Positions 36,925 to 48,913 of a stretch of DNA of 64,000 nt are shown one piece after another. How positions within the stretch are numbered: the first letter of the stretch is position 1; each line of letters begins with the position of its first letter. A program made the translations under genes and the position numbers. A model generated the notes under the pieces. It worked only from the letters and a program-made list of their open reading frames with translations, had not been told where the DNA came from and did not search any database. The DNA is from Naegleria gruberi (taxonomy: Eukaryota): the NCBI GenBank assembly GCA_000004985.1, contig GG738865.1; one strand, 5' to 3'.

Positions 36925-36994
36925 TTTTCTTTCTTCAAAAAAAGCCAATTTCAAATTACAAAATTTGAGAATAATTTTATTGAAATAACAGAGT

Positions 36995-38061
36995 TTAGAA
37001 AATGAATGGAACGAGGACCTTTCTGTTCTTTGGATAGAGTTCTCTACCGTCCTTACCGTCGAACAACTTCTTCAAAGCAACGTGCTTCTTAATAGCCCAT
37101 GGAAGCATTTGACCAGCACCACTGAGAGTGTACAAGAAACATGGGAGAGATTGAATCATGATTGAGAAGAAAATCCATTCCAAAATTTCAAAAGTATAAT
37201 TTGGACAAGTGACGTATTCAAAGAGGAATCCTCTTGGGATCTTTCTACCCTTTTCACCTGGCTTTCTCAAATTCTTCAAGATAATGTGACAAACAAAGTT
37301 ACCAAGCATGGACAAAACAACACCAGCAGCACCAATGTAAACTTGGAGATCAGATGGTGATTGATACTTTGGATGGATAGTAAAGTGAGCAACAAGATAA
37401 GCATAACCCCAATAATAAATACTATTCTTGAAAATGTTGAAAATTGGCATGGTATCAGTACCGAAAACGTGAACAAAGAGAGTTTCAAATTCTCTCTTGA
37501 TAAAGTGAGCCATGAAGAGAACAGTGGCGATCCTATTATTATTGTGTGATGGTGATGATGATCAGTTATTATCAATAAATTTCACATAATTATTAACAAA
37601 ATCAAAATTATTTAACACAATCATGATGTCATCATTAAAAATCACCATTAATTCAATATCATCATCGGATCAAATATAAAAACATACATTTGAGTATTGT
37701 TCAATTGAACAGGTTCTCCGTGAATGTAAGGAGCCAAAAAGTAGGCAAGTGGGAAAGTCAAGATTGGACCAAAATATTCAGTCAAAAAGACGGTTCTCCA
37801 AGCAATTTGAGGACCCAAATCCTTGAACATGACAACAGATCCGTCCTTCAAATCAGCAACAGGTCCATTATTTTCAGCAGCAACGATCATCTTTCCTCTT
37901 TGACCAGTAGTAGCATCCACATAGTAAAAAGCTTGTCTACTTGGATCAACTCTCTTTTGTTGATGATAGGCCTTCTTCAAATCAGTCAAGCTTGGTGCTT
38001 GCAAATCCAACTCGGCCAATTGCTTCTTGCCGGTTCTTGCATCAACGACGGAAATTTTCAT
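36995..38061 (-). CDS. Very-long-chain enoyl-CoA reductase (TECR/Tsc13, steroid 5-alpha-reductase family) with an N-terminal ubiquitin-like domain, in 2 exons.
   Basis: Model complement(join(36995..37532, 37688..38061)) with a 155-nt intron (GTATGT..TAG, phase 2), 303 aa. An N-terminal UBL (MKISVVDARTGKKQLAELDL...) precedes the C-terminal 3-oxo-5-alpha-steroid 4-dehydrogenase domain (...FMAHFIKREFETLFVHVFGTDTMPIFNIFKNSIYYWGY...EYVTCPNYTFEILEWI...). Confidence 0.85.
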
Positions 38062-38271
38062 TTTTTTATTCGTTCGTTGTTTTTTTCTTCCCGCTTTTTT
38101 TGAATTTTCAATAAGTGAAACTTTTATTATGATGAATCATATTTAAATATTGTGTCAAAAGCTACCAATTTAATAATATATTATAATAATCCCATTGTTC
38201 TCAGTAAACTTTATTGAAATGTTGATTGGGTTATATAATAATTTAATTATTTTAAAACATTCAACAAAAAA

Positions 38272-39579
38272 ATGTCAAATACACCAACAAGCACATCATC
38301 AACAGATATCGGAAGAAGAAAACGATTGGGAGAGAGTAATATTGATGAGGAAGGATCGGAGTTGTTAGCTCCTACCATTGAAGAATTTCAAAGGTGGTGC
38401 TCCAAATTAAAAACTGTTGAAGATTTGTCAATCTTTCAAACATTTTGCAATGATTACTTGGATAAATTGATTCAAGAAAAGGAAGGAGAAGCCAAACAAC
38501 TTGATACAGAATTTGAACAAATTGAAGATGAGAAAGTTTCGGAGGAAGGTGCCTCTAATGATAGTGAATCAACTAGTAGTGAAGAGGATGAGAATGGAAA
38601 ACCAAAACAAACTACTCAAGAAATTATCAAATCAAATTTGAAAGTATTGCAAAAGATTAAACAATCCCTTCGTGATAGAATACCGAATAATGATGGTTAT
38701 GCTCCAAATGAAAGATTTTACTTCCCAGGTGAAGTTGCAGAGGAAACCAATCCAAATAGACAATTTGAAGGATATAGCAAGTACAACACAATTAATGTTG
38801 ATGGTTTCTTGTATGACAATGAAGAAATGAATGAAATGTTTAGAGGTGGATTGATTCCTGAATTTTATTGTGAAAAGTGTTGCTCAAGTAATCATGTCAA
38901 ACCTATGAATATCATTTCACATAGTTTTTCACTTGATGAATTGTCATTTATTTTCTCTCGTCAGTGTGTAAATAGAAACGCTTGGATTAGATCAAGATTA
39001 TTGGAAAAGATTAAGGTTTCATTAGGAATGAATCCAGCTATCAAAGACAAACAAGATCACAAATTATTATCAAAGAAGAACATGAGAGAAAATGGTATCG
39101 TTATGATGGATATCGGAAGTAGATTGGGATCTATTCTCTACTATTGTTACTTGTTTGTTGAACCTCTTTCAGTCAAACAATTAATTGGTGTGGAAATTAA
39201 TGAGTTCTTTGCCAATTTGCAAAAGGAAATGGTCAAACAGTACAAAATGGATGATAGAATTAGTATTGTAAATTCAGATATTATGAAAGAAATGGACTTG
39301 ATTCAAACATGTGATCTTTTAATTATGCACAATGTGTTTGAGTGGTTCTTTTCACATAAGGAAAATCAAGCAATTTGGAAAATTTTGAAATCTCAATTTC
39401 TCATTCGTAAGGGTCTTCGTATTGTTACTTGTCCTTCCATTCAACAATCCTTATTAGATGCTGGATTATCCGATATTCTTTCCATTGATGGATGGCTCAA
39501 GGAAATTCCACTTGCTTATCCACTCGATGACAATGACGAGGAAATGCACACTGAAATTCACCTCTATGAAGTTTTATAA
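38272..39579 (+). CDS. Putative class I (Rossmann-fold) SAM-dependent methyltransferase with an acidic N-terminal region.
   Basis: ATG at 38272. Motif I is GIVMMDIGSRLGSIL, post-I is LIGVEIN, motif II is RISIVNSDIM and motif III is DLLIMHNVFEWF. A CxxC...H pair (YCEKCCSSNHV) lies upstream. The specific family is unknown. Confidence 0.5.
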   Translation: MSNTPTSTSSTDIGRRKRLGESNIDEEGSELLAPTIEEFQRWCSKLKTVEDLSIFQTFCNDYLDKLIQEKEGEAKQLDTEFEQIEDEKVSEEGASNDSESTSSEEDENGKPKQTTQEIIKSNLKVLQKIKQSLRDRIPNNDGYAPNERFYFPGEVAEETNPNRQFEGYSKYNTINVDGFLYDNEEMNEMFRGGLIPEFYCEKCCSSNHVKPMNIISHSFSLDELSFIFSRQCVNRNAWIRSRLLEKIKVSLGMNPAIKDKQDHKLLSKKNMRENGIVMMDIGSRLGSILYYCYLFVEPLSVKQLIGVEINEFFANLQKEMVKQYKMDDRISIVNSDIMKEMDLIQTCDLLIMHNVFEWFFSHKENQAIWKILKSQFLIRKGLRIVTCPSIQQSLLDAGLSDILSIDGWLKEIPLAYPLDDNDEEMHTEIHLYEVL

Positions 39580-39631
39580 ATTATTATTTACAATTATTTG
39601 ATGGTTTAATCATTCCTAAAGATTCCGAAAA

Positions 39632-39949
39632 TTAATTTTCTGATTTTTCTTCCGATTTCAAAGTTTCAAGATGAATTGGCTTGACATCATTTTCCTCAAA
39701 GTACTTTTTAATATTTGTCTCGTGTACGTAGTGTCTACATAATTCCTTTCCATTCTCTTTGGCAACCATAACAGGAATGTCAAATTGATACATTTCATAG
39801 AAGGATTCATTTCCCTTTGCCACAATATCAACCTTTTCAATTTCGAATGGGTATTGTTTTTGCAAGGTTTTTAATCTGACCATTGCACGTTCACAAAGGG
39901 AACACCTCGAGTCGGAACGAGTGAAGAATTGAATTATCAATCTTTTCAT
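39632..39949 (-). CDS. Small glutaredoxin-2-like thioredoxin-fold protein with a CxxC motif (DUF836-like).
   Basis: ATG at 39949. The 105-aa protein has RCSLCE (CxxC) near the N-terminus and a thioredoxin-fold-like hydrophobic pattern (VDIVAKGNESFYEMYQFDIPVMV). The gene is compact with a short 3' flank. Confidence 0.5.
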   Translation of the reverse strand: MKRLIIQFFTRSDSRCSLCERAMVRLKTLQKQYPFEIEKVDIVAKGNESFYEMYQFDIPVMVAKENGKELCRHYVHETNIKKYFEENDVKPIHLETLKSEEKSEN

Positions 39950-40030
39950 TTTTTTAATTATTGAATTTTAAATATCTTACAAAAATACAATTAATTATTA
40001 TTTTACATTATTTAATTTACATGATAAAAA

Positions 40031-42205
40031 TTACAAGTTCTTGTTACTCAATTCTAATGTGATTAAACCTCTAGCATAGGATACCCAGTAGATTCTATTC
40101 TTACTTTCAATGTAGAGGAATTCCTTCTTTGATTTGGCTAAGAAATTGTTGGCTATCACTCTCATACGAGTTTCCTTGGTTTGTTCAATGGCTTTAGTTC
40201 CAAGAATTGAGGCAGGTTTAGATTTAACAGTATTTGGATTCAAACTCTTTCTCTTTGATGAAATTGGTTGTGGAACAGAGAATTCATCATCGTCACTACT
40301 AACAACTTCAACATAGAAATCATCCAAAAGACCCTTATTTTCAGTAGTGAGGGTTGAGGTACTATCTCCAACATTGGTTCCATTATTTCTTACAGGAACT
40401 TCGCTAGTAACTCTTCTGTGAGCATTGGATAATCCTCCACCTGGTGAATTGGCAGGAATGTTTGGATTATTTTCAATATTGTTTGGACCAAACTTTTCTG
40501 GAACTTGAGTGAAATGTTCAACAATGGTAACATGTTCTGGATCCTTTTCATCTCTCATAATCTTAATAGAGTGATTGTAATCTGACAAGTTGAAATACTT
40601 CTTGTTGAATTGAATTCTGGTTACAGCTGGTTCTGCAGTTTCAATAAGTCTGAATTCCTTCTTGAAAGAGCTGATATCCTTTACAACGAGGACATTTTCA
40701 ACCAATTGAGGGAATTCCATTGATAATCTTCTAGAAGCACCCAACATTCCATATGTTGAGAACAATGAAGAGACATCATTTGGATTTAATTTTGGTTTCT
40801 CCTCAGCATTTGAAATATCTAAAAGTGATGGATCAACTCCAATGAAATTCATCATGTTTGCTTTTTCATTATTTTTGACATCAACTTGTGGATGAATGAC
40901 AAATTGGAGACGAAGTGGGCCAGTTTTTTGTTGTGGTCTATTGCTTTGAGTATTCATATTAGAAACCATATTCGAAAGTGAACTAAAGAAAGTATTGGAA
41001 TCATAACTCTTTCTCTTGGTCAATGGTTCACTATCAGCATCATCAGCAGAACTTGATCCTTGTCCAGAAACTCCACTAGATTGTTGAGAGGGAACATATT
41101 GATATGGTTTCTTCTTCTTTCCAATATATTCATTATTTGTGGTATTGTTATCATCCATATAAATTTCAATAACACCATTTCTGACAAAGCATTCCTTATC
41201 AACAATGTGACGATCAAACCAAACACCACTCATATACAATGAGCATGGTCTTCTGAGTGGATCCTTATCAAAGAATATCAAACAACGTTGATTAGAACGA
41301 TTGGTACGATCTTGGAAGCAATCTGAAACATATAATTGATCTCCAACAATATTATACAATTGATCAGAAACATCAAGCATAAAGTAATCAGATTCCTTGA
41401 TTATCTTTTGTGCAAACAATTGCAAGTCATGGAATCCATATTCAGGAGCATCTAATTCAGAACTTCTGTACTCTGCAGAGTCAAATAAATTCAACTCTCC
41501 ACTCTTCAAATATTCCAAGATGAGAGCAAAGTACTTTGGATTTCTATCAATAAAGTAGCATCCATTTTCATCCTTGATAAAACCCAAATGCTGATTTTCG
41601 TCCAACAATCTGGTAAAATAGTTTTCAAAGACTGTTGTTGAAGTGGACGAAACATTACTTAGTCTATTATTGTTTTGATTTGATGAAGAAGTAGTTCCTT
41701 CAGAAAAGCTCATTCTACTCTTACGATTGTGCAAATCAACAAAAGTTGAAAGTGAATTATAAGCCAAATTATTAGAATTGGTCAAATCACCACTACTTCC
41801 AGTACCACTATTACCTGCTGTTGTTGTTGTTGTTGGTGTAGAACCTTGAGGAGAGTTATTATTTGTTGTGGTTGTATTAGAAAGTGGTTGTTTTTGATGA
41901 GTTGTCTCCTGATGATTCAAGTAATTCTTCATGGCCAATTGGTAGGCTGTTGGAGAACGAATCTTTTGAGAGAAGGGCAAGCAATTGCCTGGAAAAACCA
42001 ACTCATTAATATTCGACTGATTAGCATTATTCTTATAAATTGCACTATGATGATATGAATTGAGAATAGTCTCACGAGTTGTATAGAGAATTTTACCTCC
42101 CACATTAAATTTGATCAATTGATGATAATGTGGAACTGGTGATGAAGAAGAACCACTACTACCACCACCTGACATTTGTTGTTGCTGTGCTTGCAGAGGA
42201 ATCAT
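40031..42205 (-). CDS. KCTD-like protein whose T1-type BTB/POZ domain is split by a roughly 170-aa low-complexity insertion, with a long C-terminal region.
   Basis: The track start at 42232 is TTG; the first ATG (MIPLQAQQQQ...) is at about 42205. The protein has LIKFNVGGKILYTTRETIL (T1/BTB beta1-beta2), then T/N/S-rich filler, then GCYFIDRNPKYFALILEYLKSGELNL (BTB alpha-helical part). Confidence 0.6.
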   Translation of the reverse strand: MIPLQAQQQQMSGGGSSGSSSSPVPHYHQLIKFNVGGKILYTTRETILNSYHHSAIYKNNANQSNINELVFPGNCLPFSQKIRSPTAYQLAMKNYLNHQETTHQKQPLSNTTTTNNNSPQGSTPTTTTTAGNSGTGSSGDLTNSNNLAYNSLSTFVDLHNRKSRMSFSEGTTSSSNQNNNRLSNVSSTSTTVFENYFTRLLDENQHLGFIKDENGCYFIDRNPKYFALILEYLKSGELNLFDSAEYRSSELDAPEYGFHDLQLFAQKIIKESDYFMLDVSDQLYNIVGDQLYVSDCFQDRTNRSNQRCLIFFDKDPLRRPCSLYMSGVWFDRHIVDKECFVRNGVIEIYMDDNNTTNNEYIGKKKKPYQYVPSQQSSGVSGQGSSSADDADSEPLTKRKSYDSNTFFSSLSNMVSNMNTQSNRPQQKTGPLRLQFVIHPQVDVKNNEKANMMNFIGVDPSLLDISNAEEKPKLNPNDVSSLFSTYGMLGASRRLSMEFPQLVENVLVVKDISSFKKEFRLIETAEPAVTRIQFNKKYFNLSDYNHSIKIMRDEKDPEHVTIVEHFTQVPEKFGPNNIENNPNIPANSPGGGLSNAHRRVTSEVPVRNNGTNVGDSTSTLTTENKGLLDDFYVEVVSSDDDEFSVPQPISSKRKSLNPNTVKSKPASILGTKAIEQTKETRMRVIANNFLAKSKKEFLYIESKNRIYWVSYARGLITLELSNKNL

Positions 42206-42676
42206 AATTTCCCAAAAGTTTAAATGTATCAAAACAACTGTAAATCAAAGAAGGCTTTCAACTTTTTTTAAATTTTTAAGAAAATAAAATTTGGATTGTT
42301 GCTGCTTGGAAAGGAGATGATGGATCACAACTAAAATTGACGAGAGAACCCATCACTGCCTATTGTTCTTTATTGTCACTTGAATGATATCTGGAGAAGG
42401 ATTGCATCCAAGTAAATTTACTGGGAGATGGGAACGCAGATAACAAATTGGTTCACTTAATCTTGGAGAGGAAAGTTGACCTCAATAATTGATATTTTGA
42501 ATCTGGTTTTTTTTTTCAAATGTGTCAACTGAGATGCATTCAAAGTTCATTGACCTGGCTTGAATGAGGAGAATATTCTGATATTCATTTCAATATTACA
42601 ATATTACAAAAATAGTTAATAAAGAATATTCACTTTTCCAAATTCAATCAATTTGATGAAAAATTAATTTAAAAAA

Positions 42677-44109
42677 ATGTTCAAACGTGTTGATAAGCTT
42701 TTATTTGACTTGGGTTATTGTTCCAAAGTCGGAATCAGGGTAAGTATTATTATTGCAAACTATTTAAATATCATATATTTAATAATATTTAGCATTTTCT
42801 TCGTAATAATGAATTAACCATTATGAAACAACAACCAGGAAGTAAAAAAGTAACCTATGAAAAGTTTACAGGAAGTAAGAAACAACTCCGACAAGTCATT
42901 GGTACAAATAATTTATTAATTAATGGACAACCTGTTCATACATCGGATCCTTTAATTATTGCTTTTGATAAACCTGTTGATTGGTTGTCTGATGGATTAG
43001 GTTCTTTATATGATTATCAACATTTTCAATATCATCAGAAATTGAAGAAGGGAATACAATTGGGAAGTGAAACACCTATTGAAATTTTGAATGAGGAAAA
43101 TGAAAATATGGAAGAAGAGGAATATGATGAGGAATATGATTCAGAACAATTGGAAGAAGTTTCACAAAGTTATTCTGTTCTTGATTTATTACCAAAGGAA
43201 TATCCATTGAGAAAACCAGGTTTTGATTCGATATTACCACTTCCAGATTCCATTGGTGGATTGACTGTTGTTACACAATTGTACACTCTTGTGAAAGCTT
43301 TTAGATCAGTAAGAGCTCCATGTAAGAGAGTATATAGAATTCAAACAAGAGATAAATTTACTGGTTTAGAGGACGAGGCCTTGTTGCATTTCAGATCTGA
43401 TATTAAGGATTCTTTGAAGAGGATTATTAATCCACCTGAATTTAATGTAATTGATGAGAGAAATAATATTGCTGAAATTACAATTTATGATTACAAACCT
43501 GATAAAATTCAAGAAATGATGTCCTCAATTAGACATCAACTTGTGGATGTTAAGAGAATTGGGTTGGGAGGTTTGACTTTGGATGATTTAAATCTTGAAC
43601 AACCAATAGTTAACGAGGAAGGACAAGTTGAAAATAAGGAAAAAACCTGGGTAAAACTCGACAATGACTTGTTAGAAAAATTAATGAGCTCAAAGAATGA
43701 AGTTGTTGGAAGATTGAGAGTTGAAAAGGATAAGGCTCAATTGAGAAGAGATGAGGAATTGAAGCAGTTTGCAACCTCTTCCAATATTTCATCACTTGAA
43801 TTTGCCAAACAAGATGACGAAGAGTTTGAAAAAGAAACTGTCATTACAGAAGAAATTTTGGGTGTAGATGAAGAATATGACCTTCCAAAGAGAAAGCCAG
43901 AAAAAATCGAAGGAAAATCAGTTAATATTAACCAAATGTCTAAAAACTTGGAATCTGTGGATATTGAGCTTGACGAAGCAGACTTGGAAGAAATGCAAAA
44001 ATGGGGTGAAGAAGAAGAGGCAGCATTTGAAGCAGAAAAGAGGAGAAAAGAAACAGCCTTCTCAAACAAGAAGGGAAAGGCAACAAAGAAGAATAAACGT
44101 AGAAACTAG
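42677..44109 (+). CDS. S4 RNA-binding-domain protein (RsuA/pseudouridine-synthase-like N-terminus) with an acidic/coiled C-terminal half, in 2 exons.
   Basis: Model join(42677..42739, 42793..44109), 53-nt intron (GTAAGT..TAG, phase 0), about 459 aa. The spliced N-terminus MFKRVDKLLFDLGYCSKVGIRHFLRNNELTI...INGQPVHTSDPLIIAFDKPVDW matches the S4 domain (R.DK.L...G...SR..a..lI..G.V.VNG..V). I could not find the RsuA catalytic GRLD motif. Confidence 0.55.
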
Positions 44110-44122
44110 GTTGTATCAAAAT

Positions 44123-45192
44123 TTAGTGGAATGTTTCAATAATACCAGAAAATGTTTGGAAGGCATCATAGATGAAATAATTATTGAGTGGCTTTCTATC
44201 TCTAGTGATAATTGAGATGATTTCTTGACCAATTTCACCTCCAGCAATAGCACATACTGAATTAATTTCAGTATTAGCAAACTTACACAAGAATGTAGCA
44301 AATTCACTATCTATGAGGTCCAATTGCTTTAATGTAACATGAGGAATAACTTTTTGAACTGCTCCACTATTCTTGAATTCTATTAACTTTTCACCATCAT
44401 TTATCGAAGGAAGGCACTTATTGACTGATTGATAAATAAGTAAAAGCATGACACTCAACCATACTTTTGATAAATGTCTTTGCTTTGATAAATCATGTTG
44501 AAGGGATTTTTCCAATGAAACAAATGATTCAGTCTTTTCCACAATTTGTGGGGTTTTTCTAACACAATTAATAAATCATCTCATTAATAAACACTTACAT
44601 CTTGTAATTGAAATTGTCAAGATAGTCTTGGAATGAAAGAACAAATAATCCAAAACTAGTTGTTGAAATAAATAAAATGTTCTTTTGTCTACAAATATTA
44701 TTAACATTAATCTAAAGATGACAAGTGTTAAATAATTAAATTAAATTTCCACACACATACTTGAAGATCCAATGGTACATTATTAAGAATAACAAAATCA
44801 AATGCATCATAAAATTCACTTGGCTTTTCCGAAAGAGAACCTTCTTCAAAGGTGACTTTCATCAAAGGATTCAATTCTTGTAAATTAGGGAAACAAGCCT
44901 TGGCTCTATTTTCACCAACATCCGATTCTCTCACCAGGAAATTACATCCAAGATCCAAGTGATTTACTTTTTGATCGTCCATAATATGTACATGTCCAAC
45001 ACCAGACAAGACAATATTCTTGCAAATTTCCGTACACAATCCAGTCATTCCGTAAACCAAAACTCTAGTTCTCAACAATCTTCCTTGTGATTCCACTCCC
45101 CACAAACGAATTTGACGATCATAGATTTTAGCTTGCTCATCAGACAAGACTTGTTCCGTTCCACCATTAGCAGTATGTTCCACTCCCTCCAT
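44123..45192 (-). CDS. SUMO-activating enzyme subunit 1 (Aos1/SAE1), in 3 exons.
   Basis: Model complement(join(44123..44558, 44599..44711, 44761..45192)), introns 40 and 49 nt, 326 aa. The protein reads QAKIYDRQIRLWGVESQGRLLRTRVLVYGMTGLCTEICKNIVLSGVGHVHIMDDQKV...FLVRESDVGENRAKA...LNPLMKV...FVILNNVPLDLQ|INVNNICRQKNILFISTTSFGLF...EFATFLCKFANTEINSVCAIAGGEIGQEIISIITRDRKPLNNYFIYD, collinear with Aos1. Confidence 0.85.
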
Positions 45193-45426
45193 TTTCGTTG
45201 TTGTATTTTTTTTAATTAAATTTTAAATATAATTTAAAATAAATTTATAAATGATTTTTCTATCATTATTTATTCTTCTTGTTTTTCATTGGAATGACCA
45301 ATATCCAATCCTTGTAATTCTTTCTTGTTGTTGTTTTAACATTTTGTAATTTCCCGCCAATTTCATCTGTTTTAAATTTTAAAAAAATTCAAACAATTTC
45401 CTTTCATTTTCTCATAAGAAATAACA
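45193..45426. promoter_or_regulatory. Short (234 bp) bidirectional promoter between the divergent Aos1/SAE1 and reductase genes.
   Basis: Two start codons on opposite strands (45192 minus, 45427 plus) are separated by a strongly AT-rich spacer (tttaattaaattttaaatataatttaaaataaatttataaatg...). Similar head-to-head arrangements occur at 5587..5823, 12787..13304, 23710..24249, 42206..42676 and 55608..56366. Confidence 0.4.
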
Positions 45427-46533
45427 ATGGAGACTGTTTGTGTTACAGGAGCTAATGGATTTGTAGGATCACACATTGTCAGGGAATTATTGGCAATGGG
45501 ACAATACAAAGTTTGTGGAACCATCCGATACGATCCGCACAGCTCCGATCCACTGATACAATGTAAATTCATTCATCTGATGAATTTTCCAAATGCAAAG
45601 GAAAATCTGGAATTATTTAGAGCTGATGTGATGGAGGAAGGATCATTCGATAGTATCATTTCGAAATGTAATTATGTGATTCATACAGCATGTCCTTTCT
45701 ATTTGACTCCCACTGTGAATGATACGCACAATGCTGAAATTAAGTTATTGGATCCTGCAGTGAAGGGAACGAGAAATGTGTTAAACTCTGTGGAGAAATA
45801 TAGAGATAGAGTGAAGAGGGTGATTGTTACGAGTAGTACTGGGGCTTTAATTGGATTTGCTGATAGAGTATTTGGAAAGGTTTATTATGAGACGGATTGG
45901 AATGAGAAATCATCTCTGATTAGTAATCCATTTGCATATAGCAAAACTATGGCTGAGAAGGAAGCATGGAAATGGTATCAGGAAATGATTGATAAATATT
46001 CGAATGAAAGAAATGGAAATATACCTGTGGAGGTAGTGAGCTTGAATCCTGTTCTAATTATTGGACCTATTCTTCAAGTGGATAGAGTGAAAATTGGTGG
46101 AATTGGAGAGCTCAATTTCAGTAACAAGTTAATTTTCAATCACATGATGAAATCAAAGATAATTCCAGGAGATGATGGTAAAACAACAAAGGCAGACGGT
46201 TTCAGTATTGTCGATGTTAGAGATGTGGCAAAAGCTCATGTACTGGCTCTCACTTGCCCCAATGTTAGTGGTGAACGATTCGTCCTAGTGAGTGAAAAAT
46301 ATCAATGGATTTCTATGAGCAGAGCCATCTCTAAACAATTTCCTCAAATCACAACCATTCCCCACATTATCAAGGATGAAATGGGAGAAGAGGAGGGCCT
46401 GTACAAAATGTTGAACTTTTCCAACTCGAAATTCCAACAATATTTTGGATATGGAGATTTCATTCCAATTGAAAAGTGCATTCTCGACACTACAGAATGC
46501 TTTATAAGCAATCAATTCGACCAACTGTTGTAA
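45427..46533 (+). CDS. NAD(P)-dependent epimerase/dehydratase-family reductase of the cinnamoyl-CoA reductase / dihydroflavonol reductase type.
   Basis: ATG at 45427. METVCVTGANGFVGSHIVRELLAMGQYKVCGTIR is the GxxGxxG Rossmann motif typical of CCR/DFR-like short-chain reductases. The catalytic YxxxK region is AYSKTMAEKEAW. Confidence 0.8.
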   Translation: METVCVTGANGFVGSHIVRELLAMGQYKVCGTIRYDPHSSDPLIQCKFIHLMNFPNAKENLELFRADVMEEGSFDSIISKCNYVIHTACPFYLTPTVNDTHNAEIKLLDPAVKGTRNVLNSVEKYRDRVKRVIVTSSTGALIGFADRVFGKVYYETDWNEKSSLISNPFAYSKTMAEKEAWKWYQEMIDKYSNERNGNIPVEVVSLNPVLIIGPILQVDRVKIGGIGELNFSNKLIFNHMMKSKIIPGDDGKTTKADGFSIVDVRDVAKAHVLALTCPNVSGERFVLVSEKYQWISMSRAISKQFPQITTIPHIIKDEMGEEEGLYKMLNFSNSKFQQYFGYGDFIPIEKCILDTTECFISNQFDQLL

Positions 46534-46834
46534 TTGGAAATTACATTTAACAGAATAGATGAAACTTAGTAATAGCTGAAAAAGAATGAATTCTTCTTCA
46601 CATTGCACAACATAGCGCGAATTAGTTCAAAAATACTTTTAACATATTGAATTCAGAAAAAGGCAATCCAATCATCTCCAAGATTCAAAGATTCTCCTTC
46701 GTACAAATTCGAATCATCTCACACACGTGTTTTTCATATTATTACTCCTACAACTCCTCTCCAGGTTGAGTAAAATACTTGATTGTAAACAACTGAGGTT
46801 GAAGAATATCTTTCAAAAAAAAGTTGTAACTTGA

Positions 46835-48751
46835 ATGCCCTCATTACCTTCGACTCCATCACTAAATAATGAAGCCTCGGAAGAGGAGGAGGATGTGTTT
46901 CAGCATCACACAAATAATACATCATCAACATTTTCACCTACGACACGAATAATAGCAACAACACCAGTTGGTATCAATGATGCATTTGTGGATCATCCGA
47001 TTGCCACAGAAATTCGGACGCCACTTAAATCACAATATAGCAATAATCCTTTATCATCGACGGCTTCGTTTAGAAGAGCATTATCTACATCATTTTCTAG
47101 TATTGATTTGAAGGAAATGAAGAATAGAAAGAAGGCACAAGTAGTAAATTACTTTGGAAAGGAAGCTTGGAAATTGAGATGGCGAGGATTTGTTAATTTA
47201 TTGAAATCTAGAAAATTATATGAAACTTTATTAATTTGTTATCTTTTCATTCCACTTGGAGTTGGATTAGCAATGCTAGGACCAACAATGCCAATACTCT
47301 CTAAGAAACTTGGAGTGGCAGAGGGAGAGATGGGTATATTATTCACAATGAGTATGTTATATTCTAATGAAATTTCACATGTTTCTAATGATTGATTAGG
47401 AGGTATTGGATACATTCTTTCATCAATGATTGGTGGATGGGTTTTGGATTTATTGAAAGGAAAGGTTAAATCGATAGTTGTACAGACAATTTTGAATCAG
47501 GTATTATTACTTTTAGGACTTGTTCTTTTGAGTGGAGCTTTTATAACTATTCCTTTCTTGAATAGGTTTTTATTCGTGGCCATGACATATTTCTTTTGTG
47601 GACTTGGTTTGGGATTTATCGATTTGACATCTAATGTTTTAGTAATTTGGGTTTGGGGAAATAATAAGCTTGTTTCTGCTTTCTTGCAATTTTTACATGC
47701 ATGCTTTGGTATTGGTTCATTTATGTGTCCAATTATTGTGAGAATTATCAATGATGCATATCCAACAATTGAGGGACAAGAGGAACATCCAATTAAGAAT
47801 GCATTGGCTTTATCATATTTCATTGGTGCTGGTATTGCTATTAGTGGTGTCATTCCAATTGCTATATTTTGTTTCCTTGCTTATAAACGTCCAGCTGATA
47901 AGAAGGCTACAGAACCAACAAAACAAATTGAACAAATTTCAAAGAGTTTTGAGGATGTTGAGGAGAAGGATTTCAGAAATATTGGTGATATTATGCATGA
48001 TATGGAATTAGAAGAAAAGTCTCAGGACTCTATCGAAGTGAAAAATGAAGAGCCAGAAGAGGAACAAGAGGAACAAGATGAAGAAGAAGAAGAGGGTGAT
48101 AAATTGATACAAGCACCTCTTTGGAAGAAACTTGTAGTGTCTGGTTTGACAGCTTTTGCATTATTGAACTATGTTGGAGCTGAAATTGGTTTTGGTTCAC
48201 TCATTGTTACATATATTGACAAGACTAAGGTCACAACTGAGGATGAAGGATTTTTAATTAATTCTGCCTTTTGGTTGAGTTTTACAATTGCAAGATTTGG
48301 ATGTATTATCTTAACCTCAATATTTTCTGATGCTACCTTACTGGTTTTGGATGCTATTGGATGTTTTGCTGGTATGATTCCATTATTGATTTTCCCATCT
48401 AGTCCAACAGTTTTGTGGATTTCTTCAATTATATTAGGAGCAGCCTTTGCTTCTCAGTATCCTTTGACTATCAGTCTCCCAGCAAGTTATATGAGATTTG
48501 AAGTTTCTGGTTGGATGACCTCAATTATGATTTTAGGAGGTTGTATTGGAGAGCTTTTGATTCCTTTAGGAATGACATTGGCTTTTGAACACATTAGTCC
48601 AGTTTCCATCTTTTACTTGATTTTCATTGCTTGTTGCATTGCTTCAGTTTGTTATGCCATACTCTTGATTGCCTTTAGATTTAAAAAACAAAAGAAAGTA
48701 GAGGAAATAGTGGATGAGGTTGATGACAAATCTACAGAACAAATCGAATAA
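46835..48751 (+). CDS. Major facilitator superfamily transporter (MFSD4/NaGLT1-like) with a long N-terminal cytoplasmic extension and an acidic central loop, in 2 exons.
   Basis: Model join(46835..47351, 47400..48751), 48-nt intron (GTATGT..TAG, phase 1), about 622 aa. There are about 12 hydrophobic helices in two groups of six, separated by the loop EEKDF...EEPEEEQEEQDEEEEEGDK. The G-rich helix motifs are typical of MFS. The track splits it into 46835..47395 and 47426..48751. Confidence 0.7.
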
Positions 48752-48913
48752 ACTATTGTGTTTCGTTGAAGCGTGACCCTATTTTTTCCTCTCACTTAAA
48801 AGCCTAATTGCACCCTCAACTATTTCAATCTTAAATCAAAGAAATGAATCATTCTATTGGAATGGTTTTTTATTTTAACATTTGAAATAATTCAAATAAT
48901 ATCTACATTTTTT

